Source of the DNA: Bacteroidales bacterium
GTDB lineage: Bacteria > Bacteroidota > Bacteroidia > Bacteroidales > 4484-276
NCBI GenBank assembly: GCA_046542305.1
Contig: JBKHBQ010000001.1
Coordinates: 1 to 55,521 of the forward strand
Direction: 5' to 3'
DNA length: 55,521 nt
A program made the translations under genes and the position numbers. The notes under the pieces are model-generated. The model was not told the DNA's origin, did not search any database, and saw only the letters and a list, made by a program, of their open reading frames with translations. Positions 17,222 to 27,061 of this stretch are shown piece by piece; the first letter of the stretch is position 1; every line of letters begins with the position of its first letter.

Positions 17222-17599
17222 TCACTTCGCATCCACAACATCCCTTCCGAAAGGCGTAAGGGCCAGCACAGCCAATTTGAAATGCTGCCGTGCGAAAGGA
17301 ATCCCCATAATGGTGATGGCCAGCAACAGCCCGAAAAGGATGTGCGTGAGCGAAATCCAGATGCCGCCGAGAATGATCCAGAGGATGTTCATTACCGTGT
17401 AGAGACAACCTGAAGCGCCATTGCTGTGTACGGTGGTTTTGCCGAAAGGCCAGAGCGCCAGCATACCAAGCTTAAGCGTTTGCAAACCGAAAGGAATGCC
17501 GATGATGGTGATCATCATCAGGATACTTGCAACTACGTATTCGATGGCCACGATGATCCCGCCAAAAATGAGCCAGATCAGGTTACCGAGTGTGTTCAT
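17222..17599 (-). CDS. yccF: YccF-domain inner membrane protein
   Basis: 125 aa with a duplicated motif: NLIWLIFGG...IIGIPFGLQ..KL and NILWIILGG...IMGIPFARQHFKL. Confidence 0.8.
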   Translation of the reverse strand: MNTLGNLIWLIFGGIIVAIEYVVASILMMITIIGIPFGLQTLKLGMLALWPFGKTTVHSNGASGCLYTVMNILWIILGGIWISLTHILFGLLLAITIMGIPFARQHFKLAVLALTPFGRDVVDAK

Positions 17600-17671
17600 G
17601 ATGCTGATGTTAAATGTTGGATGCGAAGATAGGATTTTGACTTGGAAAAACGCGTGCAGTTCAGATCGGGA

Positions 17672-18982
17672 TTAACGACTTACCACCTCGCCGTAAAGAT
17701 CAAAAGCCTCGGCAGCGGTGATCCTTACATTAAAGAACCTGCCGGCTTCCAGCTTCGGTCCAGCCGGAATGAGAATCTCATTGTCCACTTCAGGTGAATC
17801 GTATTGGCTGCGGCCGATCCAAAAATCGCCCTCCCGCCTATCAACGATTACCTTAAACACCTGTCCGATACGTGTGGTGTTAATTTCCATTGAAATACCT
17901 TCCTGAAGTTCCATCAGTTCGGCTGCCCGGTGGTTTTTTGTCTCTTCCGGTACATTATCCTCCAGCGCAAAGGCGTGGGTATCTTCTTCGTGGGAATAGG
18001 AGAATACGCCCAGCCGCTCGAAACGGCTTTCGGCCACAAAATCCTTCAGTTCCTTAAAATCTTCCGCCGTTTCACCGGGATAACCTACAATGAGGGTGGT
18101 TCGCAAAGCGATCCCAGGCAATTCCTCACGGATCTTGCGGATCAGGTCACGGGTCTGTTTTCCGGTGTGTCCGCGCCGCATGGATTTCAGGATACGGTCG
18201 GAGATATGCTGAAGCGGAATATCGAGATAGTTGCAAACCTTCGGGGAGTTTTTCATCACCGGGATCAACGTTTCGGGAAATCCCGCAGGATAGGCATAAT
18301 GCAGCCTGATCCATTCGGGACCTTCAATTTCTGATAATTGTCCGACCAATTCAGGAAGTTTCCGCCCGCGATAAAGGTCGAGGCCGTAGTAGGTGAGATC
18401 CTGTGCGATCAGCATCAGTTCCTTTACACCCTGTGAAGCCAGGAAGCGGGCTTCTTTCAAAATTTCCTCAACCGGCTTCGACTGATGCCTGCCGCGGATC
18501 AGTGGAATGGCGCAAAACGAACAGCTACGGTCGCAGCCTTCCGAGATTTTAAGATAAGCATAATGCGAAGGCGTGGTAAGGCTCCGCTCGCCCAAAAGTT
18601 CCTTTCTGTAACCGACGCCGATGGCAGCCAGGATCTCCGGCAGTTCCGCCACACCGAAAAAACCATCCACCTCATGCACCTCATCCTCCAGATCCTTGCG
18701 ATAGCGCTGCGACAAGCATCCCATCACAAATAACCTGTCGATGCGACCTTCTTTTCGCGCTTCCGCAAATTGAAGGATGGTATTGATCGACTCTTCCCTG
18801 GCATCATTAATAAATCCGCAGGTATTTACCACCACGGTTCCGCCGTGAATATCGCCGGCATCATGAGTTACATCAAGTCCACCGGAGCGCAACTGGTGCA
18901 TCAGCACTTCCGAATCCACCAGGTTTTTGGAGCAACCCAGCGTGATGATGTGGACCGGATGGTTTATAGGTTTGGTTTGCAA
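17672..18982 (-). CDS. rimO: Ribosomal protein S12 methylthiotransferase RimO (radical SAM)
   Basis: 436 aa. Features include ITLGCSKN, CDRSCSFCAIP and a TRAM C-terminus. It has a TTG start. Confidence 0.9.
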   Translation of the reverse strand: MQTKPINHPVHIITLGCSKNLVDSEVLMHQLRSGGLDVTHDAGDIHGGTVVVNTCGFINDAREESINTILQFAEARKEGRIDRLFVMGCLSQRYRKDLEDEVHEVDGFFGVAELPEILAAIGVGYRKELLGERSLTTPSHYAYLKISEGCDRSCSFCAIPLIRGRHQSKPVEEILKEARFLASQGVKELMLIAQDLTYYGLDLYRGRKLPELVGQLSEIEGPEWIRLHYAYPAGFPETLIPVMKNSPKVCNYLDIPLQHISDRILKSMRRGHTGKQTRDLIRKIREELPGIALRTTLIVGYPGETAEDFKELKDFVAESRFERLGVFSYSHEEDTHAFALEDNVPEETKNHRAAELMELQEGISMEINTTRIGQVFKVIVDRREGDFWIGRSQYDSPEVDNEILIPAGPKLEAGRFFNVRITAAEAFDLYGEVVSR

Positions 18983-18996
18983 AGAATGGAAAATTT

Positions 18997-19950
18997 CTAC
19001 TGGTTGAAAAGCGAATCGACGAATTCGAGCTTGTTGAAAAGCTGGAGATCTTCCATTTTTTCGCCGATCCCGATGTATTTTACGGGCACCTTAAACTGTT
19101 CTGAAATGCCGATGGCTACCCCGCCTTTGGCTGTGCCGTCGAGTTTGGTTAGTGCCAGCGCGTTCACTTCCGTGGCTGCCGTAAATTGCCTGGCCTGTTC
19201 GATGGCATTCTGACCGGTGGACGCATCGAGGATGAGCAGGATTTCGTGCGGTGCATCATCGATTACCTTTTTCATCACCTTTTTAATTTTCGACAGCTCA
19301 TTCATCAGGTTAATCTTGTTGTGCAAACGTCCGGCAGTATCGATGATCGCCACATCGGCCTTGTCATTCACCGCCTGTTTCAGCGTATCGAAGGCCACCG
19401 AAGCCGGATCGGTGTTCATGCCGTGGTTCACGATGGGTACCCCTACCCTTTCCGACCAGATGGTAAGCTGATCCACTGCCGCAGCCCTGAAGGTATCGGC
19501 GGCGCCCAGGATTACCTTCTTGCCTGCCTGCTTGAAATGATAGGCCAGTTTTCCGATGGTGGTGGTTTTTCCAACGCCGTTCACGCCCACTACCATGATC
19601 ACGTAAGGCTTGTCGCGGGGCGGAAAATCGAATCCATGAATTTCGCCCTTGTCGTTTTCAGCCAGCAGGGCGGCAATTTCTTCCTTGAGGATCCGGTTGA
19701 GTTCGGACGTGCCAAGATATTTATCCCTGGCCACGCGCTCCTCGATGCGCTCGATGATCTTCAGCGTGGTGCTCACTCCTACGTCGGAGGTCACCAGGAT
19801 TTCCTCGAGGTTGTCGAGCACCTCATCATCCACCCTGGATTTACCAGCAACGGCCTTGGAGAGCTTGGCAAATACGCTCTTCTTGGTTTTTTCGAGGCCC
19901 TCGTCGAGCTTTTCCTTTTTATTTTTTGAAAAGACGTTAAAAAATCCCAT
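18997..19950 (-). CDS. ftsY: Signal recognition particle receptor FtsY
   Basis: 317 aa. Motifs include GVNGVGKTTTIGKLA, DTAGR and TKLDGTAKGG. Confidence 0.92.
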   Translation of the reverse strand: MGFFNVFSKNKKEKLDEGLEKTKKSVFAKLSKAVAGKSRVDDEVLDNLEEILVTSDVGVSTTLKIIERIEERVARDKYLGTSELNRILKEEIAALLAENDKGEIHGFDFPPRDKPYVIMVVGVNGVGKTTTIGKLAYHFKQAGKKVILGAADTFRAAAVDQLTIWSERVGVPIVNHGMNTDPASVAFDTLKQAVNDKADVAIIDTAGRLHNKINLMNELSKIKKVMKKVIDDAPHEILLILDASTGQNAIEQARQFTAATEVNALALTKLDGTAKGGVAIGISEQFKVPVKYIGIGEKMEDLQLFNKLEFVDSLFNQ

Positions 19951-20037
19951 CGCTTCAATGTATTAAACCATCACAAATGCAAAAAAAGCCTTCCCCTCTG
20001 GCGGAAAAGGCCTGCGCAAATACTTTTGTAACCGCAA

Positions 20038-20190
20038 TTATTTCTTGCTTACAAACTCCTGAACCTTGTCGTTCGGGACAATATCTTCCTGAAAAGTATA
20101 TGCTCCGGTCTTTTTGGATTTTACCACCTGGATAACCTTGGCAAAATCTTTTCCGGTAGCCTGCAGTGTAGCAACAACTTTCTTAGCCAT
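20038..20190 (-). CDS. DUF4295 small protein (50 aa)
   Basis: Not in the ORF track because it is under 60 aa. It translates to MAKKVVATLQATGKDFAKVIQVVKSKKTGAYTFQEDIVPNDKVQEFVSKK. It sits in the conserved Bacteroidota position between rpmG and ftsY. Confidence 0.65.
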   Translation of the reverse strand: MAKKVVATLQATGKDFAKVIQVVKSKKTGAYTFQEDIVPNDKVQEFVSKK

Positions 20191-20201
20191 ATCTTAAAAT
20201 T

Positions 20202-20390
20202 TTATTTGATTTCTCTGTGAACAGTCATTTTTTTCATGATCGGATTAAACTTTTTCAGTTCCATCCTGTCGGGCGTATTTTTCTTGTTCTTGGTCGTGAT
20301 GTACCTCGAAGTTCCGGGAAGCCCGCTGTTTTTGTGTTCTGTACATTCCAGAATCACCTGAACCCTTGCGTCTTTTGATTTCTTTGCCAT
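20202..20390 (-). CDS. rpmG: 50S ribosomal protein L33
   Basis: 62 aa: [62 protein letters not shown]. Confidence 0.92.
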   Translation of the reverse strand: MAKKSKDARVQVILECTEHKNSGLPGTSRYITTKNKKNTPDRMELKKFNPIMKKMTVHREIK

Positions 20391-20421
20391 GTTTATCTGT
20401 CCTTGAATTTTTTCAGGGGTG

Positions 20422-20429
20422 CAAAAGTA
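20422..20429 (-). promoter_or_regulatory. -7 promoter element (TACTTTTG) for rpmG
   Basis: The minus strand reads TACTTTTG, 31 nt upstream of the rpmG ATG. Confidence 0.45.
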
Positions 20430-20513
20430 ATAACTTTATTTAAATTGAACAATATTTCGACCGAAAAAAATAACGAACAACTTTAGCCGGAAGTGTGCAG
20501 GATGCCTTTTTCT

Positions 20514-21377
20514 TTAAGTGAATGAACCGGCTCTTATAAATCGTTTTTCAGTGATAAAGCCGCATACCAGCGAATTGGGAATGCATTCGAAATAGTAATT
20601 TTGCGGATAAATGTTCGGGTGCTCCGTTTTCCAGATCTCTTCAGGCGGATTAGATGGCTGACGAAGCTTTTCCCGATCGAGCATTCTGCCAAGCATCTTC
20701 CGGCTGTCGGCAAGCACATAAAACGGGATCATGTATTCCCTGCACATGAGCGCCAGGGGATAGGTTCCTGTTTTATTCACAAAGCCATCCCTGCCGATCT
20801 GGTCGGCGCCGCACAATACCATATCGGCACCAGAAAGGTACAAGCCGATGGCCGAATCGGTGATAAACCGCACCACAAATCCCAACCGTGCAATGGCCTC
20901 CGCCTGCTGCCTGCCTTCGCAGGCCGGCCTCGATTCGGTCTGGATTATTTCTGCTGGCCACCCGTTCGCGGTCATCCGCCTGAAAACTTCTACCAGTGCA
21001 CTGCTGTTGCTGTGCAGCATAATGGTTTTACCGCTGAGATCGAGAGAACGAACTGCTCTGACTGCAATATCCGCATTCACATTTTTCCATTTATTCCGGT
21101 AACCTTCAAGAAAGTTTGCCGGAGAGTTATCCGCATCAGATTCGGGTGAATTCAGGAAATCTTCCAGTGCATCAAGAAAATGAGCCACCACCGCAAAATG
21201 TCCCAGTTTTTCATGCAACTCAGGAAGCCGCTCCTTTAAATCTCCGGCTGCGGATTGTGGCCGGTTGTAAGTCATCAGCCAATGATCAAGGACATCTATC
21301 AATTTTTGCAACACAGCCGCCGAACCTGATTGCTTATCTGAAAATACTTCCTGAAATGCTTTATGTAGAGTATGCAT
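20514..21377 (-). CDS. eIF-2B alpha/beta/delta-like family protein (sugar-phosphate isomerase-like fold), function unknown
   Basis: 287 aa. The C-terminal half (LHSNSSALVEVF...ESRPACEGR...ITDSAIG...GADQIGRDGFVNKTGTYPLAL..IPFYVLA) matches the IF-2B family pattern. Confidence 0.55.
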   Translation of the reverse strand: MHTLHKAFQEVFSDKQSGSAAVLQKLIDVLDHWLMTYNRPQSAAGDLKERLPELHEKLGHFAVVAHFLDALEDFLNSPESDADNSPANFLEGYRNKWKNVNADIAVRAVRSLDLSGKTIMLHSNSSALVEVFRRMTANGWPAEIIQTESRPACEGRQQAEAIARLGFVVRFITDSAIGLYLSGADMVLCGADQIGRDGFVNKTGTYPLALMCREYMIPFYVLADSRKMLGRMLDREKLRQPSNPPEEIWKTEHPNIYPQNYYFECIPNSLVCGFITEKRFIRAGSFT

Positions 21378-21506
21378 AGGTGTAGTAAATCATTGATTGT
21401 CTATCCGGTAAACAAAAATAATTTATATTCTATTTTCAAAAGCGGGTATTACAAAAATTTTTGCCGCCCGTTCACCAGGTTCAGTTTCAGATCGATCGGT
21501 CAACAC

Positions 21507-21554
21507 AAAAAAAAAAGCCCCCGCAAAACGCTCGCGGAGGCTATATTTTTTTTT
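21507..21554. terminator. Intrinsic terminator of rho (bidirectional architecture)
   Basis: An A10 run, AGCCCCCGC, a 9-nt loop, GCGGAGGCT (one G-U), then a T-run. It lies 12 nt past the rho stop. Confidence 0.75.
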
Positions 21555-21565
21555 CAATCAGCAAA

Positions 21566-23284
21566 TTAGCTGTTCATCGAAATGAGGAATTCCTCATTGG
21601 TTTGGGTGAAGCGCATTTTGTCCTTCAGGAATTCCATGGCCTCGATGGGTGTCATATCCGCAAGGTGGTTTCTGAGAATCCAAATCCTTTGCAGAATTTC
21701 CTTCTCCAGAAGGAGGTCGTCGCGGCGGGTACTGGAAGCCACGATGTCGATGGCCGGATAGATTCGCTTGTTGGACAATTTACGGTCGAGTTGCAGTTCC
21801 ATGTTACCCGTGCCCTTGAATTCTTCAAAGATCACCTCGTCCATTTTCGATCCGGTGTCGATAAGTGCGGTGGAGATAATTGTAAGCGAGCCGCCGTTCT
21901 CGATCTGGCGTGCAGCACCAAAGAAACGTTTCGGTTTATGAAGCGCATTGGCTTCCACCCCCCCCGACAGCACCTTGCCCGATGCCGGCGATACGGTGTT
22001 GTAAGCACGTGCCAGGCGGGTAATCGAGTCGAGCAGGATCACCACGTCGTGTCCGCATTCGGTAAGCCGTTTGGCTTTTTCAAGTACGATGTTGGCGATT
22101 TTCACATGGCGCTCTGCAGGCTCATCGAAAGTGGATGCAATAACCTCGGCTTTCACGCTGCGTTCCATATCAGTTACCTCCTCGGGGCGTTCATCAATCA
22201 GCAGGACGATCATATACACATCAGGATGGTTATACGCGATGGCATTGGCGATTTCTTTCAGCAGCACTGTTTTACCTGTTTTCGGCTGGGCCACGATCAA
22301 TCCGCGCTGGCCAAGACCGATGGGTGTAAACATATCTATAACCCGTGTGGAAACGGTTTCGCCGGGATGGCCTGTAAGCTTGAATTTCTTTTCGGGGAAG
22401 AGCGGTGTAAGAAAATCGAAAGGAATCCTGTCGCGGGCTTCCTCCGGGTCGCGCCCGTTGATTTCCTCAACCTTGATCAGCGGAAAATATTTCTCACCGT
22501 CTTTCGGCGGGCGGATGCTGCCGCGAATGGTATCACCGGTTTTTAGCCCGAAAAGCTTGATTTGCGATTGCGACACGTAAATATCGTCGGGTGAATTCAG
22601 GTAGTTATAATCACTCGACCTGAGGAAGCCGTACCCATCGGGCATAATCTCCAATACACCTTCGCTGGTCACTACTCCTTCGCTCTCGAAGGAAAAGCCC
22701 TGACGACGCTGCCCATGGGATCTGCTGCCCTGATGTTGATCCGGCTGCTGACGCTCGGGACGCTCAGACCGCTCGGAGCGCTCTTTGCGTTCCGGAGGTT
22801 CCTGCTGCTTTCCTCCTGGCTCCTCAGCTTTGGCCGGTTGCGGCTTTACTTCTTTCGTTTCTTCCTTTTTTGCAGGAACAGGCGGCTTTTTCTGCTGATC
22901 CTTTTCCTGTGACAGTTTTTGCTGCGGTTGTGGTGCAGGTTTCTCCGGCTGCCTTCCCTGAGGCTGCTGACCGGCCGGGGCCGATTTCTTTTCGGAGGAT
23001 TCTTCTTTGGCTGGATCTTTACGATCGCCAAGTGTTCCCTTGCTGCTCGATGCAAGTTTTTCTTTACCCTGATCGTGCGAAATGCGTTTGCGCCTCACAG
23101 GTTCAGCCTGGGTTTCCTTGGCAGCCCGTTTGGAATCTTTGGGAGGGTTTAAGGCCTGATGATCCAGGATCTTGTATATTAAATCCTGCTTTTTAAGATT
23201 GTTTGCACCTTTAATGTCAAGGTCTTTGGCGATCTGCTTCAACTCTGTGAGCAATTTGCCGTTAAGCTCAATAATATCGTACAT
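21566..23284 (-). CDS. rho: Transcription termination factor Rho with a ~150-aa low-complexity N-terminal insertion
   Basis: It has a Rho_N start ([22 protein letters not shown]), an OB/CSD region ([14 protein letters not shown]), a Walker A motif (AQPKTGKT) and a full ATPase core. The track start 23314 is TTG. ATG 23284 fits the family N-terminus. Confidence 0.92.
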   Translation of the reverse strand: MYDIIELNGKLLTELKQIAKDLDIKGANNLKKQDLIYKILDHQALNPPKDSKRAAKETQAEPVRRKRISHDQGKEKLASSSKGTLGDRKDPAKEESSEKKSAPAGQQPQGRQPEKPAPQPQQKLSQEKDQQKKPPVPAKKEETKEVKPQPAKAEEPGGKQQEPPERKERSERSERPERQQPDQHQGSRSHGQRRQGFSFESEGVVTSEGVLEIMPDGYGFLRSSDYNYLNSPDDIYVSQSQIKLFGLKTGDTIRGSIRPPKDGEKYFPLIKVEEINGRDPEEARDRIPFDFLTPLFPEKKFKLTGHPGETVSTRVIDMFTPIGLGQRGLIVAQPKTGKTVLLKEIANAIAYNHPDVYMIVLLIDERPEEVTDMERSVKAEVIASTFDEPAERHVKIANIVLEKAKRLTECGHDVVILLDSITRLARAYNTVSPASGKVLSGGVEANALHKPKRFFGAARQIENGGSLTIISTALIDTGSKMDEVIFEEFKGTGNMELQLDRKLSNKRIYPAIDIVASSTRRDDLLLEKEILQRIWILRNHLADMTPIEAMEFLKDKMRFTQTNEEFLISMNS

Positions 23285-23646
23285 CAATATGTGTGTATTT
23301 AAATGTTGATTCAATTTAATCGGGAAACGATCGGTTTCGCTTACCCTGAAATGATCTTGTTAATCAAATGTTTGTGGATTTTGAGCCGGTCTGCTGAACA
23401 GCCACTCATTTGTTCAGAATTAATAAAGTCGTTAAATAATACAAAATTAAATTAAAAAAAACTGATTGTGAACTTGTTAGTAGGATAAGGAATAAGATGA
23501 AAGAAAACTAAATCCTGACATCAATCAGGCCAATGATGCCGCAAATATAAACAATTCCCGACACATGGGGCACGATCATTAAAAAAATCACCCGGCTTTC
23601 CTTACATTAGCTTACATCAGATAGGTGAGGAGATGTGAAATGATCT

Positions 23647-23654
23647 TATCTTTG
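23647..23654 (+). promoter_or_regulatory. -7 promoter element (TATCTTTG) for the DUF4293 gene
   Basis: 37 nt upstream of ATG 23692. Confidence 0.45.
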
Positions 23655-23691
23655 CAGGCGATTTAACTAACGCCACAAATTCTAAATTATT

Positions 23692-24180
23692 ATGCTACAG
23701 CGTATTCAAACCGTTTTTATGTTTCTGGCCATCGTGATGGGAGTTTTAACATTTTTTTTCCCTATAGCCACTTATTTTTCCGAAACCGTTTATTTTCAGT
23801 ATTTCCTTTATGAAATCAGAAACCTCTCGCCCGATCCTTTCAACGAAATGGGAGTGGTTTCGGGTGGGATCAGCGACTGGTTTGTTTTGCCGCTGGCTCT
23901 TCTTCAGGTAGTGATTCTGGCTTTGATCTTCATCACCATTTTCAGGTACAGAAAACGGCTGCTCCAGATCCGCCTGAATTATCTGACCATTTTCCTGAAT
24001 GTGCTCCTGGTGGGAGGGATTTTTTATGCGTCCACCATGTTGGAACAGGAATCCCAAACCCGTCCGGATTATGGTTTGGGAGGGATTTTTCCCCTCATCA
24101 CCATCATCCTGATATTTTTGGCAAACAATTATATCCGTAAGGACGAGCGCCTGATCAGATCGGCAGACCGGCTGAGGTAA
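23692..24180 (+). CDS. DUF4293 membrane protein
   Basis: 162 aa with 4-5 TM segments. The start MLQRIQTVFMFLAIV is characteristic. It neighbours rho, as in many Bacteroidota. Confidence 0.6.
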   Translation: MLQRIQTVFMFLAIVMGVLTFFFPIATYFSETVYFQYFLYEIRNLSPDPFNEMGVVSGGISDWFVLPLALLQVVILALIFITIFRYRKRLLQIRLNYLTIFLNVLLVGGIFYASTMLEQESQTRPDYGLGGIFPLITIILIFLANNYIRKDERLIRSADRLR

Positions 24181-24186
24181 TCTCAG

Positions 24187-24678
24187 TTATCTGTCTTTTT
24201 CGAACACCTCCAGGTCGCGGATTTCTTTTGCATCTACAACAAAACGTACCATCGTGATTTTGCGGTGCAGGCCCGATTTGCCTGCCGCCCCCGGGTTGAT
24301 ATGCAGCAGCCCGTTTGGCTGGTCGTACATCACCTTGAGGATGTGTGAATGCCCGCTGACAAACAGCCCCGGGCTTTCACTTTTTATCAGGTGAAAAGCC
24401 TCGCGCGTGTACTTGCCGGGATAGCCGCCGATGTGGATCATTACCACGCGCAACTGCTCCACCGTAAAAATCTGGGTTTCGTGAAACTGCGCCCGGATGT
24501 CAGTGCCGTCGATATTTCCGAATACCGCACGCAGTGGCCTAAAGGCCGCAAGTTCGTCCGCTACGTTTGCGTGGCCGATATCTCCTGCATGCCAGATTTC
24601 GCTGCACGGCTCAAAAAAATCCGCATAGCCGGCAGGAAGGCTGCCGTGGGTATCAGAAAGCAAACCGATGCGCTTCAC
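24187..24678 (-). CDS. Metallophosphoesterase, YfcE/MJ0936 family
   Basis: 163 aa. Motifs include LLSDTHG, HAGD, GNID and GHSH. Confidence 0.8.
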   Translation of the reverse strand: MKRIGLLSDTHGSLPAGYADFFEPCSEIWHAGDIGHANVADELAAFRPLRAVFGNIDGTDIRAQFHETQIFTVEQLRVVMIHIGGYPGKYTREAFHLIKSESPGLFVSGHSHILKVMYDQPNGLLHINPGAAGKSGLHRKITMVRFVVDAKEIRDLEVFEKDR

Positions 24679-24681
24679 TTG

Positions 24682-25494
24682 TTAAATCTGGTTTTGATTA
24701 CCTGCCGGAACATAGCGATGATTTTCGAAATCGGAAAGGTTGAAGGAGATGGAAAGGTTCATCCGCGTACGAACGGCTTTTCCGTCCTTAACACCCGGCA
24801 TCCACCTGAGCAGCCTGACCAGCCTGATCGCCTCCTCGTTGCACCCTGCTCCGACCCCATCTTCAATTTTCAGGTTGGAGATGCCTCCCCAGGGCTCCAC
24901 GACAAAAAACAGTTCCACCGTGCCCGAAATGCTTTGCTTAACGGCGGCATCAGGGTAATTCAGGTTTCGCAACATAAAATTGATAAACGTGGGGCTTTCA
25001 TCGGGATAACGGGGTTTTGGCGCCTGATCAAGCTGCTTTGAAGAAAAAATCTTCATGCTGCTGTCGACCGGCAGAAAGGGATATTCAAGTTTATCGTAGC
25101 CACGCTGCCTGACGCATCTTTTGTACCTGCGAAGTTTAAACTCAAATTCCAGCGTTTTCTCCTCACTGAATGCGGCACCTCTGGCGCTGGCAGGTTCAAA
25201 AAGCAGATAGCTCAACATGCGCAGGGCCTCGGCGTCGGTTTCGGGGCTGAGCGACTGCTTTATGCGCGTATCCATAATGGTACCGTCTTTCTTTACATGA
25301 AAGGCTACCTTTACAGTTCCTTCCACTTTGTTGTCTCTGGCCTCCCCCGGATAATACATTACCTCTTTTATGAATTCCCTGAGTTGGGACTTTCCGCCGT
25401 AATTGTCCGCAGGCAGATATTCCTGTAACTGTGCCGGCAATGCCAGTGTACCCAAAAACAGTGCGCAGAGCAGAATATAGCTTTTCTTCAGCAT
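24682..25494 (-). CDS. Secreted protein with two TonB-C-terminal-like domains
   Basis: 270 aa with a signal peptide. Two repeats follow the YP..A....VEGTV.V.F.V...G pattern. Confidence 0.6.
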   Translation of the reverse strand: MLKKSYILLCALFLGTLALPAQLQEYLPADNYGGKSQLREFIKEVMYYPGEARDNKVEGTVKVAFHVKKDGTIMDTRIKQSLSPETDAEALRMLSYLLFEPASARGAAFSEEKTLEFEFKLRRYKRCVRQRGYDKLEYPFLPVDSSMKIFSSKQLDQAPKPRYPDESPTFINFMLRNLNYPDAAVKQSISGTVELFFVVEPWGGISNLKIEDGVGAGCNEEAIRLVRLLRWMPGVKDGKAVRTRMNLSISFNLSDFENHRYVPAGNQNQI

Positions 25495-25676
25495 AACGAA
25501 CAGGATTTTGACCGGTAGAAATTATTGTGGATAAAATTATAAAAAATCTGCCATACTTCCTGCGGGTCCGGCAAGAGTTTCTCCCTATCATGGTTTTTTT
25601 CATGCCAATGGCACATAATCATGGATGAATCGGCAGAAATTCCCCCGGGTGTTGGTTTAACTCCGGCGGAATAGTG

Positions 25677-25684
25677 TATTTTTG
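25677..25684 (+). promoter_or_regulatory. -7 promoter element (TATTTTTG) for rmuC
   Basis: 27 nt upstream of ATG 25712. It overlaps the TTG at 25682 used by the ORF track, which argues for the ATG start. Confidence 0.45.
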
Positions 25685-25711
25685 GATTTCAAAAACATAA
25701 AACCAACCCAC

Positions 25712-27061
25712 ATGGAAATCGTCTATTTATTTTCGGGGCTGCTCGTGGGCGGATTACTCGGCTGGCTGTTTTTTAAAACGAAATACGGCTCTATTCTCAA
25801 TCAGCCGCCCATGGATACCACACAACTGAGTGAGGATCTAAATTCGGTAAGGGCGGAACTGCTGGTTGCCGGCGAAAGGATTTCCGGTAAGGAAAAGCAG
25901 CTCGAATCAGCGCTCAAGGAACTCTCGGAGAATGAGCAGGAAATTATTAAACTGAATGCCTCGCTGGCCCAAAAGGAATCGGATCACCGGCATTTGCTCG
26001 AAAAACTCGAAAGCCAGAAACAGGAACTTGAAGCCATCCGCGAAAAATTCACGGTAGAATTCAGAAACCTGGCCAACGACATTCTGGAGGAAAAATCAAA
26101 AAAATTTACCGAACAAAACAGAACACAGCTCGATCAGTTGCTTAAGCCGCTCGGGGAAAAGATCAGGGATTTCGAACAGAAGGTGGAAAAAGCTTATCAG
26201 GAGGAATCCAACCAAAGATTTTCGCTTAAAGAAGAAGTAAAACGCCTGGCCGAGCTCAACCAGACCGTCAGCCAGGAAGCTCATAATCTCACCCGGGCGC
26301 TGAAAGGACAGGTAAAAACGCAGGGAAGCTGGGGCGAGATGATCCTGGAAAATATTCTTGAACGCTCGGGCCTTCAAAAAGACCGCGAGTACCGCGTTCA
26401 GCCCGGCTATACCACCGAAGACGGCCGCAGGCTTCAGCCCGATGTGGTACTCACCTACCCAGGAAACAAGAATGTGGTGGTGGATGCAAAGGTGTCGCTG
26501 AATGCCTGGGAAAGGTTTGTATCGGCCGATGAAGATGTTTTGCGTGGAAAGGAACTCAAAGCGCATTTGATTTCTGTGAAAAAACACATCGACGAACTGG
26601 CAGCCAAAAATTACCAGCACCTTTACTGCCTGAACAGCCTTGATTTCGTGATGATGTTTATGCCTGTGGAGCCGGCTTTTATGACCGCCCTCCAACACGA
26701 CAGCAACATCTGGAGCTATGCTTACGAACGCGGCATCCTCATCATAGGCCCCACCAACCTGATTGCTGCACTGAAAATGGTAGCCAGCCTGTGGCAACAG
26801 GAATATCAAAGCAGAAATGTGCTTGAAATTGCCGACCAGAGCGGAAAGCTGTACGACAAATTTGTGGGCTTCGTGGAAGACCTGCAAGGTGTGGGACAAA
26901 AAATTCAGGCTACCCAGGAAACCTACGACCGTGCCCTGAACAAGCTCTGCACAGGCCGCGGAAACCTGGTTACACGCGTGGAGAAAATCCGAAAACTCGG
27001 CGCCAGGGCAACCAAAGAACTTCCAAATATGTTATTAGAATCCACAGAAGATGAAGAATAA
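25712..27061 (+). CDS. rmuC: DNA recombination protein RmuC
   Basis: It has an N-terminal TM segment, a long coiled coil and an RmuC nuclease-like C-terminal domain (WGEMILENILERSGL...VDAKVSL..). Confidence 0.85.
   Translation: MEIVYLFSGLLVGGLLGWLFFKTKYGSILNQPPMDTTQLSEDLNSVRAELLVAGERISGKEKQLESALKELSENEQEIIKLNASLAQKESDHRHLLEKLESQKQELEAIREKFTVEFRNLANDILEEKSKKFTEQNRTQLDQLLKPLGEKIRDFEQKVEKAYQEESNQRFSLKEEVKRLAELNQTVSQEAHNLTRALKGQVKTQGSWGEMILENILERSGLQKDREYRVQPGYTTEDGRRLQPDVVLTYPGNKNVVVDAKVSLNAWERFVSADEDVLRGKELKAHLISVKKHIDELAAKNYQHLYCLNSLDFVMMFMPVEPAFMTALQHDSNIWSYAYERGILIIGPTNLIAALKMVASLWQQEYQSRNVLEIADQSGKLYDKFVGFVEDLQGVGQKIQATQETYDRALNKLCTGRGNLVTRVEKIRKLGARATKELPNMLLESTEDEE

Noticed and set aside
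21461-22546. 361-aa + strand ORF
   Set aside because: It is antisense to the rho ATPase core. The antisense ORFs at 19186-19929 (ftsY), 26096-26899 (rmuC), 48587-49351 (GT4), 50073-50783 (pnuC), 40607-41224 and 43011-43634 (tkt pair 2), 51735-52418 (PQQ dehydrogenase), 6185-6856 and 27078-27740 are rejected on the same logic.
25196-25603. 135-aa - strand ORF
   Set aside because: It overlaps the TonB-like gene in another frame and runs into the intergenic promoter region. It is R/G-rich with no motifs.
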